Of a stretch of DNA of 64,000 bases, positions 18,387 through 27,968 are shown one piece after another. The translations under genes were made by a program, and so were the position numbers. Under the pieces are notes generated by a model. It ran no database searches, was not told the origin of the DNA, and saw nothing but the letters and a program-made list of their open reading frames with translations. The stretch is from Nibricoccus sp. (GTDB lineage Bacteria > Verrucomicrobiota > Verrucomicrobiia > Opitutales > Opitutaceae), in the NCBI GenBank assembly GCA_047602425.1, contig JASGHG010000001.1:4480001-4544000 (forward strand), in the 5' to 3' direction. The stretch's first letter is position 1. Each line of letters opens with the position of its first letter.

Positions 18387-19402
18387 CGAAACTATTCCTA
18401 TCGGCCATGATGTTGGTAGCGCTCGCGACGATGGCGCAGGCGCAGCGCGTCGAAATCGTCTGGCCCACGCCGAACACCGCTTATCTGGAGGGCAAGCCGC
18501 TCTCGGAATTCATTCAGCCGACGGCCGCGGGCGAACCCGAGTCGGGACTCTTTGGCTGTCGACGCAGCAGCGGCCGGCAGTTTCACGAGGCGCTCGATTT
18601 AAAACCGTTGCGACGCGATCGGCGTGGCGAGCCCACCGATCCAGTTTTCGCCGCCATGAGCGGCGTGGTCCACTACGTCAGCCGCAGCCCGGGCAACAGC
18701 AATTATGGGCGCTACGTCGTGTTGGAGCATCCCGATGCCGAGCCGGCGATTTACACGCTCTACGCGCATTTGGCGGAGATCGCACCAGAAATTGCAGTCG
18801 GAGGCGTGGTGACGCGCGGCCAGGTTCTTGGCGTAATGGGCCGCAGTTCGAGCGAACAGGCGATTCCGCGCGAACGGGCTCACTTGCATTTCGAAATGGG
18901 CGTGATGCTCTCGCGCGATTTCCAGAGCTGGTACGACTGGAAAAAATTCGGCAACCGCAACCCGCACGGACTTTACAATGGCATGAACCTGCTCGGCTTC
19001 GATCCGTTGGAATTTTTCGACGCCTACCGGTCGCGGCGCGTCGATACGTTTCGCGGGTATTTCGCGCAAATGAAGACGGCGGTGCGCCTGCGCATCGCCA
19101 CGCAACGCGTTCCGGATTACGTGCAACGCTATCCATCGCTCATCTCCAAGCCGCTTCCACCGGATCAACTGGTCGGAGGTTGGGAGGTCCGTGTCAACGA
19201 AATGGGCCTGCCATTCTCCTTCACGCCGCTCTCGCCGATGGAGATGATGAGCGTTGGTTCGGGAACGGTGCAGATATTGGAGGCCAACGAAGCGATTTTA
19301 AAACAACACCGCTGCAAATCCCTCGTCTTTGAAAAGCGCGGCTCCTGGGCCATCGGCCGCGATTTGCAAGAAGTGCTGCAGCTGGTGTTTGGGTTGAGGT
19401 GA
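18383..19402 (+). CDS. M23-family metallopeptidase
   Basis: HEALD, YAHL and AHLHFE motifs plus a signal peptide. Confidence 0.9.
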   Translation: MTKLFLSAMMLVALATMAQAQRVEIVWPTPNTAYLEGKPLSEFIQPTAAGEPESGLFGCRRSSGRQFHEALDLKPLRRDRRGEPTDPVFAAMSGVVHYVSRSPGNSNYGRYVVLEHPDAEPAIYTLYAHLAEIAPEIAVGGVVTRGQVLGVMGRSSSEQAIPRERAHLHFEMGVMLSRDFQSWYDWKKFGNRNPHGLYNGMNLLGFDPLEFFDAYRSRRVDTFRGYFAQMKTAVRLRIATQRVPDYVQRYPSLISKPLPPDQLVGGWEVRVNEMGLPFSFTPLSPMEMMSVGSGTVQILEANEAILKQHRCKSLVFEKRGSWAIGRDLQEVLQLVFGLR

Positions 19403-19437
19403 GCCAGCTTCGGGCATAGGCCAACTGAACAAGCAGT

Positions 19438-19935
19438 TCACTCAAGCTTAAGTGATTTCAAGAATGTGGCAGACTCCGAGCCTGTCAGCTTGGATTTTTC
19501 CTTTGCGATGATCGTAATTCCGTAAGTGATCTGTTCGATCTGTATCATCCAATTCGAATAAAATAACTCTCCGTTTTCTGACTTCAGAGAAGTCACTAAC
19601 TCGGCGGCGTCGTGATCAGCCAGTTTCTTAATTTGGAATGAAATCTTTTGGGTAAAATTTTCTGATAATCCCCGTGCCCACTCCTCAGCATTCTCTCGAA
19701 AGGTAGGTTTAGCCTCGGGCATAGGGGCGTCGATGACTGTGAAAATGTATACTAAAGCGACGGATTGATTTTCTGCTGACCAAATTCGTACCGCGGGATT
19801 CCCTTCGTGGAGAACTGGGGCCGTCCATCCTGCTTCATCAGGAAATGAAATCTTGAACTTGGGTTTTTCGCTAGAAACGTCTTTTGCCTGAAGGCCGATT
19901 GTAAACGCTAGTAAAACACAAATAATATATTTCAT
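19438..19935 (-). CDS. Hypothetical exported protein (low GC)
   Basis: ATG at 19935, MKYIICVLLAFTIGLQA signal peptide, AT-rich codons. Confidence 0.7.
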   Translation of the reverse strand: MKYIICVLLAFTIGLQAKDVSSEKPKFKISFPDEAGWTAPVLHEGNPAVRIWSAENQSVALVYIFTVIDAPMPEAKPTFRENAEEWARGLSENFTQKISFQIKKLADHDAAELVTSLKSENGELFYSNWMIQIEQITYGITIIAKEKSKLTGSESATFLKSLKLE

Positions 19936-19967
19936 GTAGTTAGGCGTAAGGACTTGTTCGCTAAAGC

Positions 19968-20951
19968 TTATCGCTTGCTCCAATCCAGCATGCGCTGGAT
20001 GGGGGCGAGGGCGGCGGTGCGGGTTGGCTCGGGGACGTCGATGGCAGGGCTGAGGGTTTTCAAGGCGTCGCGAACTTTTTCGATCGTGTTCATTTTCATG
20101 AAACGGCAGTCGTTGCAGGCGCAGGTGTCGGTCGGGCCGGCGATGAAGGTCTTGTCGGGAACCTCGCGTTGCAGGCGGTGGAGCATGCCGCTTTCGGTGA
20201 CGACAATGATGCGTTTCGCGGGCGTCTCCTTCGCAAATTTCACCATGAGTTCGGTGCTGCACACTTCGTCGGCGAGGTCGCGGACGGCTTGCACGCATTC
20301 GGGGTGCGCAACGATGGGCGCATCAGGAAACTGAATACGGGCCTTTTCCAAGGCCTGCACGGTGAAGAGCACGTGCGCGTAACAGCTGCCGGGCCAGAGT
20401 TGCATCTTGCGCTTGGTTTTCTGCGCAACCCATTGGCCGAGGTTTTGGTCGGGGACAAAAAGAATTTCGCGGTCGGCAGGAACCTGATTGACGATTTTGA
20501 CGGCATTGCCGCTGGTGCAGATGACGTCACTCAACGCCTTCACGCCGGCCGAGCAATTGATGTAGGCGACGACGTAGACGTTGGGATTTTTCGCTTTGTA
20601 GGCGGCGAGTTGTTCGGCCGGGCATGAGTCGGAGAGCGAGCAGCCGGCGGCGAGATCGGGGATGAGGACGGTGCGGCCGGGATTCACGATCTTGGCCGTT
20701 TCGGCCATGAAGTGGACGCCGCAGAAGAGGATGACGTCCGCCTTGGCCTGCTGAGCCTGGTAGGAGAGGCCAAGCGAATCGCCCACGAAATCGGCGATGC
20801 GCTGGATCGGCTCGATTTGATAATTGTGCGCGAGAATGACGGCGTTGCGCTCCTTTTTCAGGCGGAGAATTTCCTCCTGAATGACGGAAAGTGGCGCGGG
20901 TTCGCGGCGCGGTGCGGCGATGACGGGTTCGTAGTTAAGGACGGCAGGCAT
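19968..20951 (-). CDS. nadA: Quinolinate synthase
   Basis: ILAHNYQ, GDSL, FCGVHFMAE, AGCSL, YINCS, AHPEC and C-terminal CRFMK motifs. Confidence 0.96.
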   Translation of the reverse strand: MPAVLNYEPVIAAPRREPAPLSVIQEEILRLKKERNAVILAHNYQIEPIQRIADFVGDSLGLSYQAQQAKADVILFCGVHFMAETAKIVNPGRTVLIPDLAAGCSLSDSCPAEQLAAYKAKNPNVYVVAYINCSAGVKALSDVICTSGNAVKIVNQVPADREILFVPDQNLGQWVAQKTKRKMQLWPGSCYAHVLFTVQALEKARIQFPDAPIVAHPECVQAVRDLADEVCSTELMVKFAKETPAKRIIVVTESGMLHRLQREVPDKTFIAGPTDTCACNDCRFMKMNTIEKVRDALKTLSPAIDVPEPTRTAALAPIQRMLDWSKR

Positions 20952-21021
20952 GTCGATTGAGTCACAAATTTCACGCAAAAGAGCGTGAATGCAAAGAAGA
21001 AGATTTTTTGTGCAGCTGCCG

Positions 21022-21945
21022 CTAGACCGCGACGTCGGCGCTGGGGAATTTCTGGCGAACGCGTTCGCGATAGAGCAGGTACAAGCCGGAACCGATGACG
21101 ATGAGGCCGCCGACGATCGTCCAGCGATCCGGGCTTTCGCCGAAAACCGTCAGGCTGAATGCGGTTGCACCGATGATTTGCGAATAGAAAAACGGTGCGA
21201 GCACGGAGGCCGGTGCGTGTCGGTGGGCGAGAATGAGCAGCCAGTGGCCGAACGCACCGAGCAGACCCAAACCAATCATCAGAAGCCATACGAGCGCGCT
21301 GTCGGGTGTTTTCCAATAGAAGAAGAGCAGGGGCGAAACGAGCACCGCGCCGAAAACGCTGGTGTAGAACATCGTGGTTTCGGAGGAGTCGGTTTTCGCG
21401 AGCTGGCGGGTGATGATGAGATAGAACGAATTCGAAACGGCGGCGGCCAGCGAGAGCAGCACGGCGGGTTGCAGTGCTTGGCCAAACGGGCGTGTTACGA
21501 TAAGCACACCAGCGAAACCGACCAACACAGCGATCAGACGGCGCGGTCCGATTTTTTCGCCGAGCATTGGCCCGGCGAGCAACGCGGTCATGAGCGGCGC
21601 AGAAAAGTTGATGGCGGTGACTTGGGTGAGCGGCAAATAGCGCAGGGCGATCCAGCAGCCTATGGTCATGCCGATCAAAGTCAGCGCACGTACGATTTGC
21701 AGCACGGGTTTTTGCGTCCGAAGGATCCCGGGCTTGGTTTTGGGGTTAAGAAAAAAGCCCACCACGACGAGGGTGACGAGGTAGCGCATGCCCGAGGTTT
21801 GCAGGGGATTAATGTGACGCGCCAACCACTTGGCAGACGCATCCATGCAACAGAAGCAAACGATCGCACCCATCAATATAAGAATGCCCGTCAAGGGACG
21901 GGAGGCTTGCGTGGTGGCGATCGTGGCAGCTGGCTTGGCGAACAT
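21022..21945 (-). CDS. DMT/EamA-family transporter
   Basis: About 10 TM segments, LGEKIG and FGESP repeats. Confidence 0.88.
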   Translation of the reverse strand: MFAKPAATIATTQASRPLTGILILMGAIVCFCCMDASAKWLARHINPLQTSGMRYLVTLVVVGFFLNPKTKPGILRTQKPVLQIVRALTLIGMTIGCWIALRYLPLTQVTAINFSAPLMTALLAGPMLGEKIGPRRLIAVLVGFAGVLIVTRPFGQALQPAVLLSLAAAVSNSFYLIITRQLAKTDSSETTMFYTSVFGAVLVSPLLFFYWKTPDSALVWLLMIGLGLLGAFGHWLLILAHRHAPASVLAPFFYSQIIGATAFSLTVFGESPDRWTIVGGLIVIGSGLYLLYRERVRQKFPSADVAV

Positions 21946-22148
21946 GGGCGAACACGATGGGGAGCCGGCGTTTTTTATCCAATCAAATGCTAGTTTTCGT
22001 CAGCTAGCAGTTGATGGAATGAGTGTTGTGGTCACGAGAGCCGCACGAGAGGGCGGCGTTTCGGCGTGGCCGAGATTCGAGGCAAATTCGGCCGACGTGG
22101 AAGTCGGCTTTCCCTTTGTCGATCAAATCGCTCGTTTGATTTCGCGGC

Positions 22149-22466
22149 TTAGGAAAGGCTCGCGAGCAAGGCGCGGATTTCTCGTTCGGGTTCCTCGTGC
22201 TGTTGTTCAACGGCGAGGCGCAGGGCATCCTGGAGTTGCAGGCGCGCTTCGGGATTGCGGCCGAGTTCGAGCAGGATTTTGGCGAGAAGGATCCGCGGCA
22301 TCATCCAATCGGCTTTTTTGCGGACGCAGAATTTATATTGCTCAACCGCATCGAGGTACCGGTGTTCGGTGACGAGAGCTTGCGCGAGGCTGAAGCGGAA
22401 AAGCTCATTGTCCGGCTGTTGTGCAACGAGGCGGGCGAACGTGTCGGAGCGTTTTTCTTCGCCCAT
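22149..22466 (-). CDS. Small TPR-like protein
   Basis: PDNELFRFSLAQAL and other helical TPR-like repeats. In operon with PP2C. Confidence 0.75.
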   Translation of the reverse strand: MGEEKRSDTFARLVAQQPDNELFRFSLAQALVTEHRYLDAVEQYKFCVRKKADWMMPRILLAKILLELGRNPEARLQLQDALRLAVEQQHEEPEREIRALLASLS

Positions 22467-22477
22467 ATGGCAATTGG

Positions 22478-23191
22478 TTAAACTTGGTCGACGACCACGA
22501 GCACGGCGGTGGCGTTGTCGAGTCCACCGCGCACGTTGGTGAGTTCAATCATGTCGTGGAGGATATCGGCCGGAGGATCGTTGCGAGCAAGATGTTCGGC
22601 GAGTTCTTCTTCGCGAAGGAGGCGGGTGATGCCATCGCTGCAAAAAAGGTAACGGTCCTTCGGCATCACGGTGCGGGTGGCGACGTCGACTTCAAGCGGT
22701 GTGGACTGGCCGATGCAGCGCGTCAGTGCATTGCGATGCTGTTCGTTGACCCAGATGAGTTCGCCTTTGGCGCGACGGGCTTTGGCTTCGTTTTCGACCG
22801 AATGATCGAGCGTGAGGCATTCGATGTCGCGTCCGCGCAGGAGATAACAACGGGAATCGCCGACGTGGGCGAGGCGGAGTTTGCCGTCGCGAAAAACGCC
22901 GTAAGTCAGGGTCGAACCAATTCCAAAATGGGGACTAAGACGAAAGCCGAGCTGGGCGACAGCGTGATTCGTTTCGAGGGTGATAAGTTCGAGGTCCGGT
23001 GGATTGCTGGAATTGCGGATGAGTTTTTTAATCAGATCCACCGCGCATTGAGCAGCTTCGGCACCGCCGGGCAAACCGCCCACACCATCGGCTACCCCGA
23101 AAAGGCACAACGACTCCTCGCAAAGGAGGCGGTCTTCATTCTGGCGGCGGATTCGGCCGATGTCGGTAAGGGCGGCGCTGCGAAGTTGCAT
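22478..23191 (-). CDS. PP2C-family Ser/Thr phosphatase
   Basis: TDIGRIRRQNED, VADGVGG, HVGDSR, CSDG and GGLDNAT motifs. Confidence 0.95.
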   Translation of the reverse strand: MQLRSAALTDIGRIRRQNEDRLLCEESLCLFGVADGVGGLPGGAEAAQCAVDLIKKLIRNSSNPPDLELITLETNHAVAQLGFRLSPHFGIGSTLTYGVFRDGKLRLAHVGDSRCYLLRGRDIECLTLDHSVENEAKARRAKGELIWVNEQHRNALTRCIGQSTPLEVDVATRTVMPKDRYLFCSDGITRLLREEELAEHLARNDPPADILHDMIELTNVRGGLDNATAVLVVVDQV

Positions 23192-23229
23192 GAATTGGTA
23201 TTAAGGGAGGACGCTAAGGGGCTATCGGC

Positions 23230-25296
23230 TCAACCGAAAGGCTTAAATAGCTCTTCGCGCGTTTCCCGTGTGATTTTTTCGAAGTTTTCCTTGGGCAGGC
23301 AGTTGAGAAAAAACCGTCCGTAGGGTTTGGCGAGCACGCGGGAATCGAGAACCGTCACGACGCCCCGGTCGGTTTTGGTGCGAATGAGCCGGCCAATGCC
23401 CTGGCGAAACTTAATCAAGGCGTCGGGCAAAGTGAGTTCGTTGAAAGGGTTGCCGCCTTGGTCGCGAATCCACTCGGTGCGCGCTTCCAAAACCGGATGC
23501 GAGGGCACTTCGAAGGGCAGGCGGGTCACAATCACCTGCGAAAGGGCGTCGCCCGGCACGTCGATTCCTGTCCAAAAACTGTCGGTGCCAAAAAGAACGG
23601 CGTTGCCGACCGCGCGCATTTTGCGGGCGAGCTCGGTGCGGGAGAAATCTCCGCCTTGCATCAGAAAAGGGCGGCGGGCTTTGGCAAAATCGACTTCGAG
23701 CGCATCGGCTACCTGCCGCATGTCGCTATAACTGGTGAATAGCACCAAGGAACCGCCCTTGTTGCGCAACGTGCAAAACCGCACGTAGTCGATCAGCACA
23801 TCGAGCGCGAGGCGGGCGTCGCGCGGCGAAGGCAACGGCACGTCACCGGCGACGTAGATGCGCATCACGCGTTCGAAATCGAACGGAGATTGTACCACGG
23901 ACGAGCGCACGTCTTCCGCTCCCACGCGGTGTTGAAACGGCTCGATTCGTCCGCCCATCGCGAGGGTTGCGCTCGTGAAAAGGACGGAAGTCTGACGTTG
24001 CAGCAGCTCTTCGCGCAAATAGGGCGCGACATCGATCGGCGCGCTGCGCAACGTGACAATCGTCTGGCGTTTGCCGGAGCGTTCGAGCCAGTAAACGTGT
24101 TTGTCGTCGGCGACGTGAAGAAATTGTCGCAGATTGGTTTGGTAGGTTTTGATTTTACCCGCCTGTTCGAGCAATTCGTCGCGTTCGCGACCATCGTCGA
24201 ATTTGTCGGCGATGGTGCGCACCGATTTGATGAGTTTGACCAGCGGACCATCGAGCCACGGCTCGGCAAAACCCTCTTCGCGCACGCGGACGAGCGGCTG
24301 CTTGTCGAGGAGTTTCTCGGCGAGAAAAGTGTAGAATTGTTCGGAGGCATCGAGCGCATCGACCACGAGCTGGCGATCCGCAGGGGAACCAAATTTTTGG
24401 AGTAAACCGCGTTTTGTTTTTGGGTTGAAAAGATGTTTCAACATCCGGTCGGTGCCGTAGCTGCTCACGCGGAGTCCAAAGTGATCCGTGGCGACTTCGG
24501 GCACCGTCTGGGCCTCGTCCAGCACGACGAAATCGTCGGGAAACAACACGCCGCGCGCGCTGCCTTTTTCGGCGGCGCCGCCGGCGTTGATGTGCGCGAA
24601 AAGAAGCGAATGGTTGACGATGATGACGTTGGCCTGCCGCAGGCGCCCCCGGGCTCGCTGGTAGAAACATTTTTCGCAGTCGCAGTATTTGCGCGAGCAG
24701 CTGGATGAATCGGCATTGATGAGATCCCACACATCCTGCGAAACGGCGGGCACGAGTTCGTGGCGCAAGCCAGTGGTTGTGGTTTCGGCCCAGGCGGCGA
24801 CGCGCTGAAGATCGTCGTGCTCGGGTGTGGCGAAGAGTTCCTGTTTGTCGCGCAGCGCGTGGGCGAGGCGCGTGGTGCAAAGGTAGTTCGATTTGCCGAC
24901 GAGGACGGCGCTCTTGAAATCCTTGTAGCGGGCGAGTTCGGGCGCTGTGGCGAAGACGCGACGGCACAACGGAAGGTCTTTTGTTTCGAGCTGTTCCTGC
25001 AAGGCGATGGTGTGGGTCGAAACGATGAGCTGACGGCTTTGGTCGATGGCGTGGACAAGTCCGGGCAGAAGATAGGCGAGGGATTTGCCGACGCCCGTGC
25101 CGGCCTCGAAGAGCAACGGCTCGTCAGCTTTCATCGCGGCGGCGGTGGCGAGCGCCATTTGCTCCTGTTGCGGGCGATGCTCGAGGCTCAGACCATCCTG
25201 AAGCCAGCCACCTTCGGCGAAAATGCGCGCAGTCAGCTCCGGCGCACGCGAGGGCGGCGCAGGCGGAGGAGTTGGGCCATCATTAAAACCGATCAT
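23230..25296 (-). CDS. DinG/YoaA-family ATP-dependent helicase
   Basis: EAGTGVGKS, Fe-S Cys residues, DEAQ, SATL, LFTSY, GIDVPG and QGIGRLIR motifs. Confidence 0.93.
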   Translation of the reverse strand: MIGFNDGPTPPPAPPSRAPELTARIFAEGGWLQDGLSLEHRPQQEQMALATAAAMKADEPLLFEAGTGVGKSLAYLLPGLVHAIDQSRQLIVSTHTIALQEQLETKDLPLCRRVFATAPELARYKDFKSAVLVGKSNYLCTTRLAHALRDKQELFATPEHDDLQRVAAWAETTTTGLRHELVPAVSQDVWDLINADSSSCSRKYCDCEKCFYQRARGRLRQANVIIVNHSLLFAHINAGGAAEKGSARGVLFPDDFVVLDEAQTVPEVATDHFGLRVSSYGTDRMLKHLFNPKTKRGLLQKFGSPADRQLVVDALDASEQFYTFLAEKLLDKQPLVRVREEGFAEPWLDGPLVKLIKSVRTIADKFDDGRERDELLEQAGKIKTYQTNLRQFLHVADDKHVYWLERSGKRQTIVTLRSAPIDVAPYLREELLQRQTSVLFTSATLAMGGRIEPFQHRVGAEDVRSSVVQSPFDFERVMRIYVAGDVPLPSPRDARLALDVLIDYVRFCTLRNKGGSLVLFTSYSDMRQVADALEVDFAKARRPFLMQGGDFSRTELARKMRAVGNAVLFGTDSFWTGIDVPGDALSQVIVTRLPFEVPSHPVLEARTEWIRDQGGNPFNELTLPDALIKFRQGIGRLIRTKTDRGVVTVLDSRVLAKPYGRFFLNCLPKENFEKITRETREELFKPFG

Positions 25297-25385
25297 GACT
25301 GAGATTGAGTCTGATAACCATCGGTTTCATGCGAAGGAGCGCAATTGATATTTGCGCGGCATCGCGACTGCTCCATTTTGCGAGG

Positions 25386-27620
25386 ATGTCTACGAAGTCA
25401 GATCCGAACGTCAACTGGGCTGAAACTCTCGCGCAATTTCTGAGCGAACAACCCGGCATTGAGGCCGTGCGCATTGACGCCGGCACCCGAAAAATCGCCG
25501 TGGCGACCCTCGGCGAAGTGGACTACGTGCAATTGCAGGCGCGACTGGCGGAAACGATCAAGGCCATCGAGGACAAGCTCGCCAGCGCGGCGGAAGTGCC
25601 CGCAGGTTTTGCGGTGCGACAGGAAGGCAAGCTCACGGAAATGGCCGGCCTGACCTGCTCGACCGCGGCCGCGATGTGGAAATGGCGCGAATACGAATGG
25701 CCGCCGATCAACGCGGAGATCGAGGAAATCGAGGAGCCGGAATGGCGGGAACTCGCAGCTTTCGCGGCGGTGTGCGGCGTATTTGGCATTGCGGGTTTTG
25801 TGGTGGAAAAAATGGGCGTCGGTCCGGCATGGTTGGCGCATGCGCTGTACGGCGTGGCGTTGATTGCCGGCGGCTGGGACGCCACGGTCGACACTTGGGA
25901 GAACATCAAGCAGAAGAAACTCGACATTCATTTTCTCATGTTGGCGGTGGCGGTTGGTGCGGTTTGCATCGGCGCCTGGGGCGAGGCGGTGTTGCTGCTG
26001 TTTCTCTTTTCGTCGTCCGGCGCAATGGAGGACTACGCGATGGACCGCACGCAGCGCGAAGTCGGCTCCCTGCTGAAAACCGCGCCCAAGCAGGCTACGG
26101 TGGTGCGCAACGACGGACGCGAGCAACTGGTGAAGATTGAAGAAATCGGCATCGGCGATCGCGTGCGGGTGAAGCCCGGCGAGGCGTTTGCGGCCGACGG
26201 CGTTGTTTCGAAAGGCAAAAGCGCGGCCGACGAATCCGCGATCACAGGCGAAGCGCGGCCCGTTGAAAAAGCGGTCGGCGATCAAGTGTTCAGTGGCACA
26301 ATCAATCTCTGGGGCGCGGTCGATTTCGACGTGGCGCGTTTGCCGTCGGAAAGTACGCTGCAAAAGATCATCCGTCTGATTCAGACGGCGCAAAAACTTC
26401 GCGCGCCGAGCGAACGTTTCACCGACCGGTTTGGCGGCGGCTATACGTTCGTGGTCTTGGGCGTGTGCGCCGTGATGTTTTTCATCTGGTGGCTGGGCTT
26501 CCATGTTTCGCCGTTCACCAGTGTCGAAGGCTCGCGCTCGGCTTTCTACCGCGCAATGACGCTCCTCGTCGTCATGAGCCCGTGCGCGCTCGTGTTGTCG
26601 ATTCCATCGGCCATTCTCGCGGCGATTGCGTGGGGCGCGAAGCACGGCGTGCTTTTCCGCGGCGGAGCGGCGATCGAAAAACTCGCCGAGATCAAAGTCG
26701 TGGCGCTCGACAAAACCGGCACGCTTACGACCGGCGAACTCGATGTGGTCGGTCACGAAAGTTATCCTCCTGGTCGCGAACATCAGGTGTTGGAACTGGC
26801 GTATGCGCTCGAAGTGAAATCGCAGCATCCGCTGGCTCGCGCCATCGTGCGCCATGCGAAGGCGAACGGTGTCAAAGAACTGGATACCGACGATTTTCAA
26901 TCGCTCACCGGTCAGGGCGTGCGCGGCACGATCGATGGCGCGCAATGCTTGCTCGGCCGCCGTGAGTTGCTCGAAAGCGGTCCGCTGGCCGAATGGGCCA
27001 AGGCCTTGCCGCCCGCGCCGCCCGAAATGAGCGAGGTCTGGGTCATCGGCCGGGATTTGGTCGGTCGCATTCTCTTGCGCGACCAGATACGCGCGGAATC
27101 AAAAGAGGTTTTGACCAAACTGAAAGCCGCTGGGATTCGTTCGGTGATGTTGACGGGCGACCGTCGTCACGCGGCCGAAAGCGTGGCCAAGGAACTCGGT
27201 CTCGACGAAGTGCGCGCGGGTTTGACACCCGAAGGCAAAGTCGAGGCGATCCAGTCCTTCCGCGCTGGCGGCAAAAAAGTCGCCATGGTGGGCGACGGTG
27301 TGAATGACGCGCCGAGTTTGGCGGCGTCGGATGTTTCGGTGGCAATGGGCGCGCGCGGCAGCGATGCGGCTTTGGAGCAGGCCGAAGTCATCCTGATGCA
27401 CGATCGAATCGAGAACTTTCTCGCGGCGTTGCGGCTGAGTCTGCGCGCCCGGACAATCATCAGGCAAAATCTCGCGATCTCGCTCGGTGTGGTGGTGCTG
27501 ATGGCGATCGCGTCGATCTTTGGCATCGTACCGCTCGGCGTCGGTGTCGCCGCACATGAAGGCAGCACGGTCGTGGTTTGCCTGAATTCGTTGCGATTGC
27601 TCTTCGGTAAAAATCGCTGA
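25386..27620 (+). CDS. Heavy-metal P-type ATPase (P1B-4 signature)
   Basis: TGE, SPC, DKTGT, HP, GDGVNDAP and HEGST motifs. Confidence 0.93.
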   Translation: MSTKSDPNVNWAETLAQFLSEQPGIEAVRIDAGTRKIAVATLGEVDYVQLQARLAETIKAIEDKLASAAEVPAGFAVRQEGKLTEMAGLTCSTAAAMWKWREYEWPPINAEIEEIEEPEWRELAAFAAVCGVFGIAGFVVEKMGVGPAWLAHALYGVALIAGGWDATVDTWENIKQKKLDIHFLMLAVAVGAVCIGAWGEAVLLLFLFSSSGAMEDYAMDRTQREVGSLLKTAPKQATVVRNDGREQLVKIEEIGIGDRVRVKPGEAFAADGVVSKGKSAADESAITGEARPVEKAVGDQVFSGTINLWGAVDFDVARLPSESTLQKIIRLIQTAQKLRAPSERFTDRFGGGYTFVVLGVCAVMFFIWWLGFHVSPFTSVEGSRSAFYRAMTLLVVMSPCALVLSIPSAILAAIAWGAKHGVLFRGGAAIEKLAEIKVVALDKTGTLTTGELDVVGHESYPPGREHQVLELAYALEVKSQHPLARAIVRHAKANGVKELDTDDFQSLTGQGVRGTIDGAQCLLGRRELLESGPLAEWAKALPPAPPEMSEVWVIGRDLVGRILLRDQIRAESKEVLTKLKAAGIRSVMLTGDRRHAAESVAKELGLDEVRAGLTPEGKVEAIQSFRAGGKKVAMVGDGVNDAPSLAASDVSVAMGARGSDAALEQAEVILMHDRIENFLAALRLSLRARTIIRQNLAISLGVVVLMAIASIFGIVPLGVGVAAHEGSTVVVCLNSLRLLFGKNR

Positions 27621-27686
27621 CGGTTCTGCTCGGAGGCGGATGCTTTGTCCAAAGCGATTTCGCGTCTGTTCTAGCGGCGCGCTTTT

Positions 27687-27887
27687 TCAGGCCTTGGCGT
27701 TGAGTTTCTGGCCAACTTTTTGCGCGCGTTCAGTGGCTGACGCTTGCTCTGCGGAATCGGCTTTGGCGAGCGGATCGATGGACGGTTGGTAAGCCACCTT
27801 GGTCGCAGCTTTGCTTTTGGCCTGCTCGGCGGCGCCGAAATTTGCGGTGTAACTCGGAGAATATGATGCGGTGCTGTTAACTTGCAT
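27687..27887 (-). CDS. Small hypothetical protein
   Basis: 66-aa Ala/Ser-rich ORF filling the gap, ending GQKLNAKA. Confidence 0.55.
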   Translation of the reverse strand: MQVNSTASYSPSYTANFGAAEQAKSKAATKVAYQPSIDPLAKADSAEQASATERAQKVGQKLNAKA

Positions 27888-27968
27888 GCGGGAAAAGTGC
27901 GAAGGTGTGCGCACATTTCCAATTTTTTCCACTGAGGTTGATTCCTCAGATTTGATAACAGGCGGCGT

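Noticed and set aside
19436..19950. GTTAGGC/GCCTAAC next to the low-GC gene as an integron cassette core site
   Set aside because: The orientation is wrong relative to the gene, there is no matching attC palindrome at the other end, and there is no integrase.
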